Below, piece after piece: positions 52,624-64,000 of a stretch of DNA of 64,000 nt. Positions within the stretch are counted from its first letter, which is position 1; each line of letters opens with the position of its first letter. The notes under the pieces were generated by a model that worked only from the letters and a program-made list of their open reading frames with translations, did no database searches and was not told the DNA's origin. This stretch comes from Antedon mediterranea (taxonomy: Eukaryota; Animalia; Echinodermata): positions 920,201-984,200 of the forward strand of contig NC_092670.1 in the NCBI RefSeq assembly GCF_964355755.1, read 5' to 3'. Position numbers and translations under genes: made by a program.

Positions 52624-55600
52624 TTAAGAAGTGCAACAATTAGCGGGGTTTACTTTTTGTTCATCTACATACTGTTTTACGCTGAATGATGGGTCGTTGG
52701 CTTTTCTTGTTTTCTTTGAACGAAGGTCTCTGCAAGACAAATTGAATGCTTACAATCAATGATCTTTATCATCCAACAATCTTTTAACTAAACACAAGAT
52801 TATTTTTGTAAGCAAATGATGTGACAAAAATGCTAAAGGCCACAAAGAAATCCAGATTATCTTTTTAATTTAGCAGTTCAACATCAAGCTGACTCTGCAC
52901 TTCTGGTGGATGAGAAACTAAACCCAATTTTAATCGCACTTTTATTAGTACTACTAGTCATTCCTAGTGAAGGACCTTGAAGTATGCCAACCACAAAGGA
53001 CCTTTACATTTGAACCTAAGTAAAAAACTTATCAATGTACATACTTTGCTACAGCTATAAAGGCAAGTTCAACATTCAAACCAGTTTTTGCTGATGTTTC
53101 CATAAATGCTATTCCATGGTCCTAAGAAAATAAAAACAAGTACAAGTAAATTTGTATTTAAAAAAGAGATGACATTTTGAAATAAAACACATTGTTGGGG
53201 TAACACTTCTTCTGCAGCCATATTGTTTTCAACAATTCATAAAAATCTGATTCAGTCAAATTGAATGAATCAAAATGACACCCTCTACAGTTTGCATTAA
53301 AGACAAATTTGCTGAATGGATGAGATTAGAATGAATGATTTCAACAACAAATGCTCTAATGGCTCTAATTGCTTCTAATAATATACTAACTATCAAATAC
53401 CTACATTTCAGAGTACAAAATGTCCAGTACATAACAGTAGTAGTTATATATAAACACATCAGGCAAAGAACATTAATTTTAAACCGCCCGGTGATATACT
53501 GAAATTTAATTAATTAATTTGAAACGATAAAGATGAGGAAATCTATGAGAATGAGAAAAAGTCGCCCCAACCGAGACTCGAACTCGGACCGCCTGCTTGA
53601 TATGCAGAGGTCCTAACCATTAGACCACTGGGGCTTTCATGGTATTGTTCGAACTCGATTGGATAGCGACTCTTTAACACTCTCGGCGTGGTACGGCGGA
53701 ACAGCACTAGTCCTCAGTTGTACGCACGCGCAACAGAGATCAAATTGATACGCCCTCATCTTTCAGTATTTTTATTCACGAGGCGGGATCTCCGAAGAGA
53801 TACTTTTATATATAAACACAACAGGCAAAGAACATTAATTCTAAACCGCCCGGTGATATACTGAAATTTAATTAATTAATTTGAAACGATAAAGAGTAGT
53901 TATATATATAGTAGTTATATATATATATATTAAATTATATACAGTACTATAAAACAGGAATAGAAACTAGTTTTTTAAATACATTTAAATAGTTTTTAAT
54001 TGTTAGGCCTTCATCTGGCTTACCCTAGCTAGTTTTTCGCCTTCATCTCGCCTCACTACCCTGTCTGAAGATATATCAGCTTTGTTGCCTAGTAACATGA
54101 CAACAACATCATCACTGGCATACTCTTTGATTTCTGCCACCCATGACTGCAAGAAAAAGAAAAAAATTAACTTTAATTCGGTATTGAATTATAACCGAGT
54201 GACCATATAAAGCAAGACATTCTAACAACAGGATGTTGAGCTCCAGAGAACAAAGGGTTTATCTGTGGCTGCGACATGATCAGTTCCACACCCCTTAAGA
54301 GATCAAAGGGTTTATCTGTGGCTGCGACATGATCAGTTCCACACCCCTTAAGAGATCAAAGGGTTTATCTGTGGCTGCGACATGATCAGTTCCACACCCC
54401 TGAAGAGATCAAAGGGTTTATCTGTGGCTGCGACATGATCAGTTCCACACCCCTTAAGAGATCAAAGGGTTTATCTGTGGCTGCGACATGATCAGTTCCA
54501 CACCCCTTAAGAGATCAAAGGGTTTATCTGTGGCTGCGACATGATCAGTCCCACGCCACTTAACAGATACCACATGGTTGCAGAAAATATGTACATAGTT
54601 TCTTCACTCACCCGAATATGATCAAACGATTGCCGATTAGCAACATCGTACAGTAAAAGTAGAGCATGTGCATCACGGTAGTATGCATGCGTTACGCTGC
54701 GAAACCTTTCTTGGCCTGCAGTGTCCCATATCTGATAAAATACACAATTAAAATCAGTGAAATACACAGGTACACCAAATTTAATAATGGATTTTTAAAA
54801 GTTGTTTTTGTACTTGAATCACATTTTGTAGAGGATACTAAGTTAGGGATAGGAGGAGGTGGCTTAGGAGCTTCTTAGTTTAAGGTTAATTTTTTCAAAT
54901 GGTACAAATTAGAAGTAAAAATCCTCTGTTATTCTGTTTTTCAATAATGAATCAATTGAATTTTCAACTTGGTTTTGATAACAGTTCATATTCACTGTTT
55001 GACAGACAATTTTTTTTATTATCAAACTCTAAATTGGTCACATTTCCAAATGTTCTGTTAAGTACAGTAGTCCAAAAATATAAATTACCATAGCATTTAC
55101 AACACACCTGTTCAAGTGTAAAGTAGACTGTATCAGTGCCTATTACAGTAGTAGGCCTACAACGATTTGCCTTTCAATGGGAATTTGTCTTTATATGGAA
55201 AATAGTTACATTTCACATTTTAATTAGTAAAATGCATCATTTCAAGCAAAGCAATGTTTATTATGTAACATTTCATAAAAGAATAATGTGTCTCCTGTCA
55301 GCATCTATAAAGTCTGTACTTCCAAATGGCTTAATAATAATAAGAGAGATATTTATTCAAAATAATACACTGCAATGCATTTCTTTGAATAAAATGTAAA
55401 TTATCTATCAGAATACTCAATTGAGACTGAGAGCAGTGAAACATGTTTAGTGACATTTAAAATAAAAACCTCCTTTGAGACTTTAAGTGACATTTTCACT
55501 CTGAAATATTCTGGCAGCAAAGAGACTATTGAAATGGATACTTCAATAAGTGTGAACTACGACCTTTACAATAAAAAAGATTTTCCATGGAAACTTGTTT

Positions 55601-56766
55601 TTACAATAAACCTTCTAACTAACAGTATGAATGTTCAACATTTTTGTTACATATCCATGTAGACTATTAAAGTACTAGTGTTTAAATATAAAACAACTGT
55701 ACAAAGTGTACTTAGAGGATGCTTCTACCGTGCTTAATTATTCATAAGTTACTGACAATGACATTTTAAATCATAAAAACACATGCATGAAAACTAATTT
55801 ACAGTATTCACACACAAAAACACAAGTTTCTGTCATTTTCAATACAACTTGTGTATGACAGACAGTGGATATCCATCCATACATAAATAACACGTACTGA
55901 CATTTTATTACCAAAAAAAAAAATGCAGTGATGTGTATCAGCAAATATTATTGAATGTTCTCTGAGTAGTCTCAAAATCCAGTCCTTAAACTGTTATGAC
56001 ATAATTGGACCATTGACATTTTACATGTTTCAACTCATTGAATAAGATACAAATTTATGGCAAATTATGAAGTCTTCAAAGATGATGTTGCTACCCTTTT
56101 GTTATTTTCTTTGCATTCATTACGTACGTAACGATGTTATACACTAGGTTAAACCATCATCACTTAACACAACTACTTAGCATAGAGTAGCTTGCTGACC
56201 CTGAACCATACAGTATTTACATTAAAGCAATCTACCACTATCAGATGAACACACAATGCACTGAAATATTATACAAATAATGTATGTCTATGAGTGTGAT
56301 GGTACGAATAATTTCATCTATCTATTGTCACAAGGCGAAGCCATAAAAATGAACTGAGATGACATCAAAGTACATGAGGAGAGATGACATGAGATGAGAT
56401 GGCATGGCATGAGATGAGATGAGATGGGATGATGTGAAAGATTTCTTATACAGTACATGAGAATGTAATTTGAGCATACAGTATATCTGCATAAACGTTT
56501 GCGACATACACACACGGCTCAATGTGCAGTGAAACCGGCTATAGCATTTACAAGATCGAAACTCAATTAAGGGGAAAATATTATAAATAAATAAGATTCT
56601 GAGATATAATCAATATAATATCTTTATTTTATAAAATCAATAAATCTTTTTTAAATCAACTGTGTATAACCTACCAATTAAATCTAGTTTTAATTGCAGT
56701 AATTGTAATACTGTATGAACTAACCTGTAATTTAATCTTGGAGCCATCCACATCAACTACTTTATT
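52624..56766 (-). CDS. RAB37: Rab26/Rab37-like small GTPase, last 5 coding exons (5' exons not found in the window)
   Basis: Exons 56725-56766 ([14 protein letters not shown]), 54612-54731 ([30 protein letters not shown]), 54024-54146 (VMLLGNKAD), 53045-53121 ([16 protein letters not shown]), 52624-52729 (...[12 protein letters not shown] prenylation motif). [11 protein letters not shown] is characteristic of Rab26/37; an invertebrate copy is probably co-orthologous to both. Confidence 0.88.
53444..53895 (-). mobile_element. Dispersed repeat carrying a tRNA-like module, bounded by ~90-bp direct repeats
   Basis: 53444-53533 is repeated at 53806-53895; a fragment of the same sequence occurs at ~23434-23495. 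Confidence 0.65.
53563..53634 (-). pseudogene. tRNA-Asp(ATC)-like cloverleaf, probably repeat/SINE-borne rather than a translational tRNA
   Basis: GCCCCAG-TG-GTCTAATGGTTAGGAC-C-TCTGC-ATATCAA-GCAGG-CGGT-CCGAG-TTCGAGT-CTCGG-TTGGGGC-G: 72 nt, all four stems pair, A and B boxes intact, but A32 and the ATC anticodon are non-standard. Confidence 0.7.
54251..54555. repeat. 53-bp minisatellite, about 5.7 copies
   Basis: CAAAGGGTTTATCTGTGGCTGCGACATGATCAGTTCCACACCCCTTAAGAGAT at 54251, 54304, 54357 ... Confidence 0.95.
56530..56687 (+). mobile_element. 3' remnant of the second HINE family
   Basis: ACCGGCTAT...TTATAAATAA..AAGATTCTGAGA...AATCAA..GTATAACCTA..AATTAAATCTAG aligns with 38821-38980 but the terminal hairpin is missing. 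Confidence 0.6.
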
Positions 56767-56884
56767 CTGTAAAGATGAAAAGAGAATGGTTAACATTAAT
56801 AAACATAATTGTTAACAAATATTACAATAATCATCAGGTATGGGTGTGGTGGTAAAAATTGAAGGCCCAGTGTACTATCACTTA

Positions 56885-59146
56885 TCATGCAGTATGGGGT
56901 GTTACTGGTCCTTCACATACTGGTGCTAGAGGATATGTCTCCCAGGGGTATTAGCATGCAGTATGGGGTGTTACTGGTCCTTCACATACTGGTGCTAGAG
57001 GATATGTCTCCCAGGGGTATTAGCATGCAGTATGGGGTGTTACTGGTCCTTCACATACTGGTGCTAGAGGATATGTCTCCCAGGGGTATTAGCATGCAGT
57101 ATGGGGTATTACTGGTCCTTCACATACTGGTGGTAGAGGATATGTCTCCCAGGGGTATTAGCATGCAGTATGGGGTGTTACTGGTCCTTCACATACTGGT
57201 GGTAGAGGATATGTCTCCCAGGGGTATTAGCATGCAGTATGGGGTATTACTGGTCCTTCACATACTGGTGCTAGAGGATATGTCTCCCAGGGGTATTAGC
57301 ATGCAGTATGGGGTGTTACTGGTCCTTCACATACTGGTGCTAGAGGATATGTCTCCTAGGGGTATTAGCATGCAGTATGGGGTGTTACTGGTCCTTCACA
57401 TACTGGTGGTAGAGGATATGTCTCCCAGGGGTATTAGCATGCAGTATGGGGTGTTACTGGTCCTTCACATACTGGTGGTAGAGGATATGTCTCCCAGGGG
57501 TATTATCATGCAGTATGGGGTGTTACTGGTCCTTCACATACTGGTGCTAGAGGATATGTCTCCCAGGGGTATTAGCATGCAGTATGGGGTGTTACTGGTC
57601 CTTCACATACTGGTGCTAGAGGATATGTCTCCCAGGGGTATTACTTTAGCATGCAGTATGGGGTGTTACTGGTCCTTCACATACTGGTGGTAGAGGATAT
57701 GTCTACCAGGGGTATTACTTTAGCATGCAGTATGGGGTGTTACTGGTCCTTCACATACTGGTGGTAGAGGATATGTCTACCAGGGGTATTACTTTAGCAT
57801 GCAGTATGGGGTGTTACTGGTCCTTCACATACTGGTGGTAGAGGATATGTCTCCCAGGGGTATTAGCATGCAGTATGGGGTGTTACTGGTCCTTCACATA
57901 CTGGTGCTAGAGGATATGTCTCCCAGGGGTATTAGCATGCAGTATGGGGTGTTACTGGTCCTTCACATACTGGTGGTAGAGGATATGTCTACCAGGGGTA
58001 TTACTTTAGCATGCAGTATGGGGTGTTACTGGTCCTTCACATACTGGTGCTAGAGGATATGTCTACCAGGGGTATTACTTTAGCATGCAGTATGGGGTGT
58101 TACTGGTCCTTCACATACTGGTGCTAGAGGATATGTCTCCCAGGGGTATTAGCATGCAGTATGGGGTGTTACTGGTCCTTCACATACTGGTGGTAGAGGA
58201 TATGTCTACCAGGGGTATTACTTTAGCATGCAGTATGGGGTGTTACTGGTCCTTCACATACTGGTGCTAGAGGATATGTCTACCAGGGGTATTACTTTAG
58301 CATGCAGTATGGGGTGTTACTGGTCCTTCACATACTGGTGGTAGAGGATATGTCTACCAGGGGTATTACTTTAGCATGCAGTATGGGGTGTTACTGGTCC
58401 TTCACATACTGGTGGTAGAGGATATGTCTACCAGGGGTATTAGCATGCAGTATGGGGTGTTACTGGTCCTTCACATACTGGTGGTAGAGGATATGTCTCC
58501 CAGGGGTATTAGCATGCAGTATGGGGTGTTACTGGTCCTTCACATACTGGTGCTAGAGGATATGTCTCCCAGGGGTATTAGCATGCAGTATGGGGTGTTA
58601 CTGGTCCTTCACATACTGGTGGTAGAGGATATGTCTCCCAGGGGTATTAGCATGCAGTATGGGGTGTTACTGGTCCTTCACATACTGGTGGTAGAGGATA
58701 TGTCTCCCGGGGGTATTAGCATGCAGTATGGGGTGTTACTGGTCCTTCACATACTGGTGGTAGAGGATATGTCTCCCAGGGGTATTAGCATGCAGTATGG
58801 GGTGTTACTGGTCCTTCACATACTGGTGCTAGAGGATATGTCTACCAGGGGTATTACTTTAGCATGCAGTATGGGGTGTTACTGGTCCTTCACATACTGG
58901 TGCTAGAGGATATGTCTACCAGGGGTATTACTTTAGCATGCAGTATGGGGTGTTACTGGTCCTTCACATACTGGTGGTAGAGGATATGTCTCCCAGGGGT
59001 ATTAGCATGCAGTATGGGGTGTTACTGGTCCTTCACATACTGGTGGTAGAGGATATGTCTCCCAGGGGTATTAGCATGCAGTATGGGGTGTTACTGGTCC
59101 TTCACATACTGGTGGTAGAGGATATGTCTCCCAGGGGGTATTAGCA
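56885..59146. repeat. 69/74-bp minisatellite, about 32 copies, in a Rab intron
   Basis: Unit ATGCAGTATGGGGTGTTACTGGTCCTTCACATACTGGTGSTAGAGGATATGTCTMCCAGGGGTATTA(CTTTA)GC; the 5-bp insertion variant breaks the reading frame. Confidence 0.98.
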
Positions 59147-59634
59147 CCAACCTTCAATCATTAATTGATAATATTTTGTTTAAATGCATATTGTATTGTA
59201 TGATATTTCTTTGTCATAATATAAAATACATTGCATTCGATGCCATTGCATAATATCATAATAAATTCTTTATATTTGTTTTATTAATAAATTAATTGTT
59301 GTATGAGTGGGTGGTTTGCAATGTAATCTTTGTATACCTAGTACTGTACTAAACTGTTTATCAATGATTAGCTCAAGCTGTTAGTGGGTGAGCTAAATCT
59401 GGTTATTATTTGTCTACAAAGGTTCTTCTACAGTCTGTGATGTGATACATAGACTTTGGACACACTAAAAAAACTGACCAATCATGATACAGTAAACAAA
59501 CACTAGAGTAAATGTTGACAGGTCTACTACAAGGGTTCAAAGTTCAATTGATTTCAAACTTTCATCACTTCAGAATCATTGTAAGTTTGAACCTACAAAC
59601 ACAGTAGTAACCAGAAGGACACAGAATAGGATTT

Positions 59635-59788
59635 CCTCTCAACACACCTTGTTATCAGTACTGTAGTTCTCAACACACCTTGTTATCACTATCATCAGTA
59701 CTGTAGTTCTCAACACACCTTGTTATCACGATCATCAGTACTGTAGTTCTCAACACACCTTGTTATCACTATCATCAGTACTGTAGTT
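59635..59788. repeat. 40-bp tandem repeat, about 3.5 copies
   Basis: TCAGTACTGTAGTTCTCAACACACCTTGTTATCAC at 59655, 59695, 59735, partial at 59775. Confidence 0.9.
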
Positions 59789-60972
59789 CAATTACAACTA
59801 AATCATCATATTATTGATTGTTTACTAATCCTTCCCTAAAGCTTGGTTCCCACTTGCACATGCAGGGAATAATTTCGCCAGTGTAGCATAGCAAAAAGCT
59901 ATACAAAACAACCTTATTGCTACACATTTTGCAAATTGTGTAGCAAAAAATGCAATACAAAACTATGTCAGTTTGTTTAGCAATTTTGCTAAACAAAATT
60001 TTTAAATGAAATTTTTCCCTGACGTAATGCAAGAAAGTGAGCGCATCGTAAAGTAATTGACCAATCACGACGTGATGGATTATCCAATCGGAACTGTCAC
60101 TTTGGCACACTTACTTTCGTCCATATGGGAACAACGCTTTTACCTTTCTTGACTAGGCCTACTGGCCATAGAGTATGGAACTGAACATACACTTAATGAA
60201 GATGAATGAATGAATGAAGTGAACACACCAGACCATTACACGTTGGTCTTTCTCTTAAGCATGTTCTAAAAAGTTAGTTCACAACATGCCTTAATGTTAG
60301 AAAATGCCTTAAATCTATTTTAAAAGAATATGCACATGTTAACAAATGAATTACATGGACATTATGTCAACATTGCTAAAGCATTGTCAGACAGCGTGGG
60401 AGCAAATTCATATAGAAAATGGAAAGTGTTCAGCAAACAGAAGGGGTACACCTGTTTTGTCAATTCAACAGTTTTAAAACAAGAGGTTTACAAACAGAAG
60501 CTAGGACAGCTGATAAAACATGCTGCAAAATTATATACCGAGTGTACTGTACATCCACCACATTTTTGGCTCAATAAAGATATGAGAAATTATTGTCATT
60601 TCGGTCAAAATACAATACTGTTTTTGTACAAATGTTTGTGCAAATAATTATTTTAGGTTTTTTTAAACATCATTATGTAAACTGCACCACAGCATTCAAT
60701 CCACAAACAGAAATTAAAAATTGATTTTATTGCCTAGAATCGTGTGGATTTAACATCATTATCTATCTGAAATTAGCTTTTTATAAAATAGATTGACTAG
60801 ATTATTTATACATTACTTGTATTATATAGTACAAACAGTATAATGGAATAATAACGGATTAAATACTTAGATGGGAAAATCTGATTGGATAAAATCAGGT
60901 GTTATGTATGCAAACACTAATGCTTCCAGATAAATCACATTTCTGTTTTTTTTAAATGGACAATACAGTATA

Positions 60973-61010
60973 TATGACTATGACTATGACTATGACTATG
61001 ACTATGACTA
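60973..61010. repeat. (TATGAC)n microsatellite
   Basis: About 6 hexamer copies. Confidence 0.9.
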
Positions 61011-61357
61011 GTTGGAATGAAGGGTTTTTGTAGTAAACTTTGTCATTTTCATTCAGTTGATTTTCCAACTTTCATGTCTATTCCTTGGTGTGAATGTGGG
61101 GAAAGAAATACAAGTTATAAAATGTCTTTTCAGGTTATCCATCTATCATTTAGCAACAAAAAATCCTTGCTCAATTTTTCATCTTTCATTGGATCTAAAC
61201 AACAAGAGGTTTGCAAACACCACCTACGTATTTTACCAAAGTGTTAGAAACAAATTATTGTTTAATGTACTGTAGATTACTAGAAAATGAAATTTGAAAT
61301 AACTATCAACATCAAATCACAATAATTTACTCCCACACATACTGTATACCAAAGTTG

Positions 61358-61628
61358 AAAAATGAGGGGTGGTTAGGTTGAGTCCAAAATGAGGGGTGGT
61401 TAGGTTGAGTCCAAAATGAGGGGTGGTTAGGTTGAGTCCAAAATGAGGGGTGGTTAGGTTGAGTCCAAAATGAGGGGTGGTTAGGTTGAGTCCAAAATGA
61501 GGGGTGGTTAGGTTGAGTCCAAAATGAGGGGTGGTTAGGTTGAGTCCAAAATGAGGGGTGGTTAGGTTGAGTCCAAAATGAGGGGTGGTTAGGTTGAGTC
61601 CAAAATGAGGGGTGGTTAGGTTGAGTCG
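61358..61628. repeat. 27-bp G-rich minisatellite (AAATGAGGGGTGGTTAGGTTGAGTCCA), about 10 copies
   Basis: Perfect tandem periodicity. Confidence 0.97.
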
Positions 61629-64000
61629 GAGGACGTTTATCATCAAGAACAAACGAGTAGCACAGTAACAAGCGGTAGTGTACATGAATACAGAATACAG
61701 ATTTAAAACCGCAGATGGTCATACAATGACTTAAAAATAGCAAATTGGTTTTTATTTGAGATCATTTTGTAGCATTTGAATGCAGAAAAAACACATTCAA
61801 ATTTTCCTTGTAAATAGAACAATATGGAAGTCTAGTGGCTAAAACGTGTTGCCATGTGGATACAACTACAAGAAAAGAAGTCAAAACTATGGATACCAAC
61901 CATACTGTAGTTATCAAAATATTAAGCAATGACAGTAATTGCTTTACTGGGTGCCTACCTGTACTGTCATTTTGTTCAGTATGTGATAAAATACAATAGA
62001 ATTAATAAAGAGTTTTAAAATCAATTTCCAGGGTACTTGATTTTAACTTCAATATTCCCAGTATTGTGATACAGTCTCATGGAATATGGACTGCTAACTA
62101 ATTGTTTTATATTTAAGTCATTTGAAATGCTTGATCATCAATGTGTGATTGCATAATTTGAATATTAAGACAATTAGGAAACTAAGCATTGTACTAAGTA
62201 TGTGATTTGGATTTTCTGCAATCTTGTAAAAATGTTGTCAACAGATTTTCTTCTACTACAGTATCTCAATCGTATTTGTCAAGATTCTTGAAATTAATAA
62301 CATCAACAATGAGATATTTTAATAGACCTTTGAATACTAAAACCATCTCCACTTTTTCAGTGAGAGGAACTTTAGTTCTCAATCTGGTAAGCAATAGAAA
62401 CAGACAGGGTGCATAAAAACCTGGAGATATTCATTCTCCATGATCTAAAAGTAACTGTTTCAATTAAAAAAAATGAAATGAATTTATATAAATAGATTTT
62501 AGTATAAGCTTAAATTAATTTAAATAATTAGCTTAAATAATTTGATTTCATCCATTTAACCATTACTACAGTATTGCACATTATCTACTTATTTATCTAT
62601 CTTCATCTCATTAATAATTCTTGATAGGTTTTTATGATCGAATGCTATCATTTCCATAACAACTATAAAGCATATTTCTCTTTCTTTTCTCCTTTGTAGT
62701 ATCATCCACCTTTATTGTTCCTCTTTCTTTTCTCCTTTGTAGTATCATCCACCTTTATTGTTCTCATTTTTATATTGCATGCAGTGTATTATACTTTACT
62801 ATCACAATACATAAACATCCATATTTTCTATTGATCATTAAAAACTAACAGTAAATCTTTGATAGATATATAGTCAATCATAAAATGAGACTTGATAGAC
62901 ATTTAATATGCTGTGTATTGATTTGATTCATCTGAAATAAGCTTTCTAGAAATGATCTCATAATTTAATACTTTTTTATTTGGATAGCTTATGGATGCTT
63001 ACATTAAGCATTGCAACAAACATCTATACAACAAAAACAACACAATCTATTTTTTAAACTAGCTACAGTAGCCCAACGTCATTTTGCTAGCCCAAAGTCA
63101 TTTTGCAAGCCCCAACTAATTGTTTTTGCTTCATAGCGTCGAATAAACTGTTTATTTAAAACAAGATTTAAATATAATTTGTATATGTATACTGTACTGT
63201 ATATATTTCTGCTAAATTTATTCTCCCAAAAAACCATTTCAATCAGTAAGTGGTCGTCAACAGAAATTGTTACCTAAAATGCAAAGTGCTCTGGAATAAA
63301 TCATTAAAGGGGGGTTCCGGGTTTAAAATGAATAGTAAAAAATGTAAAATATATTTGTTTGTCTCTTGAACGGTAAAAGTTTCAATTTATATAAGCGTCC
63401 AGTGAAGCAGAACGAAGGCTGTGAAATCAGGCCAGATTACAAGTGCAGCTACGGCAAAATCACACTGTGGTTACAAAATAGGAAATTCGTGAAATGGTCC
63501 ATCTTCCGACGACTCGTTATCATAAACCATATCAATTACTTTTGTAAAATTATACTTATCTGATGTAATTTTAGTCGGTCTTCCCATTTATAAAGTCAAT
63601 TTTTTTATGAAAATTCATCAAAACAGTGAAAAATTAGATATGTTTGCACTTTACGTTTGCCGATTTTCGCACCGACTTAAGGAAAAATCAAAATCAATGA
63701 AGCGTAACGTATACTGTACATTCCTGCTGAGGATCGAGCGAGACGACGATACACGTGCTCTCTCTGCTGCCCATGCCTTGCATCGTCACGTCTAGGCTCG
63801 CGCTAACCGCTCGCCAATTCGCCAATGGCGACTGGAGTCTCCATTTGGCGAAAATAATTATTGCCTCGTTCGCCAAATTGGCGAAAATACATTTCCAAGC
63901 CTAGGCCTAGCCTGGTCGGCGTGACTTCTTATGGGAGCGAGAATTCGCCACACTTCGGTACTTTCTGACTCGGGTACACTTTTTACCACAACAGCATTTT

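Noticed and set aside
53700-53730. CTGAGGA on the minus strand as a hammerhead ribozyme core
   Set aside because: No stem II followed by GAAA could be built by eye.
56887-59144. MQYGVLLVLHILV repeat ORFs resembling polyprotein or membrane repeats
   Set aside because: A 69-bp minisatellite in a Rab intron, frameshifted by the 74-bp variants.
62010-62050. Minus-strand STLEIDFK resembling the missing Rab switch-I exon (STVGIDFR)
   Set aside because: No upstream GDSGVGK P-loop in frame and no fitting splice donor; likely chance.

Overview
AT-rich, intron-rich animal genomic DNA; the repeat types and gene structures suggest an invertebrate, possibly a deuterostome, but the taxon is only inferred. 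Bases 1-19699 look like a ~1.5-kb tandem array, but the junctions parse as nested (Russian-doll) self-insertions of a non-autonomous Helitron2/Helentron-like (HINE/DINE-1-type) rolling-circle element: 13 3' ends and 8 5' heads, each insertion falling in the same short microsatellite linker of an earlier copy, with no TSD. Five spliced genes follow: a 244-aa TIR-like + DEATH-domain protein (+, reverse of the MyD88 domain order), TBL3/UTP13 (-), a 128-aa ankyrin-repeat protein (+), a 604-aa RING/TRAF-zinc-finger E3-like protein (-), and the 3' exons of a Rab26/Rab37-like GTPase (-). Introns and intergenic DNA carry a second HINE-type element, MULE-, Kolobok- and Harbinger-like non-autonomous elements, a CORE-type SINE, a possible solo LTR, a tRNA-Asp(ATC)-like cloverleaf in a dispersed repeat, and many minisatellites. 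Gene models were assembled by eye from GT-AG sites and phase continuity; no database searches were run.
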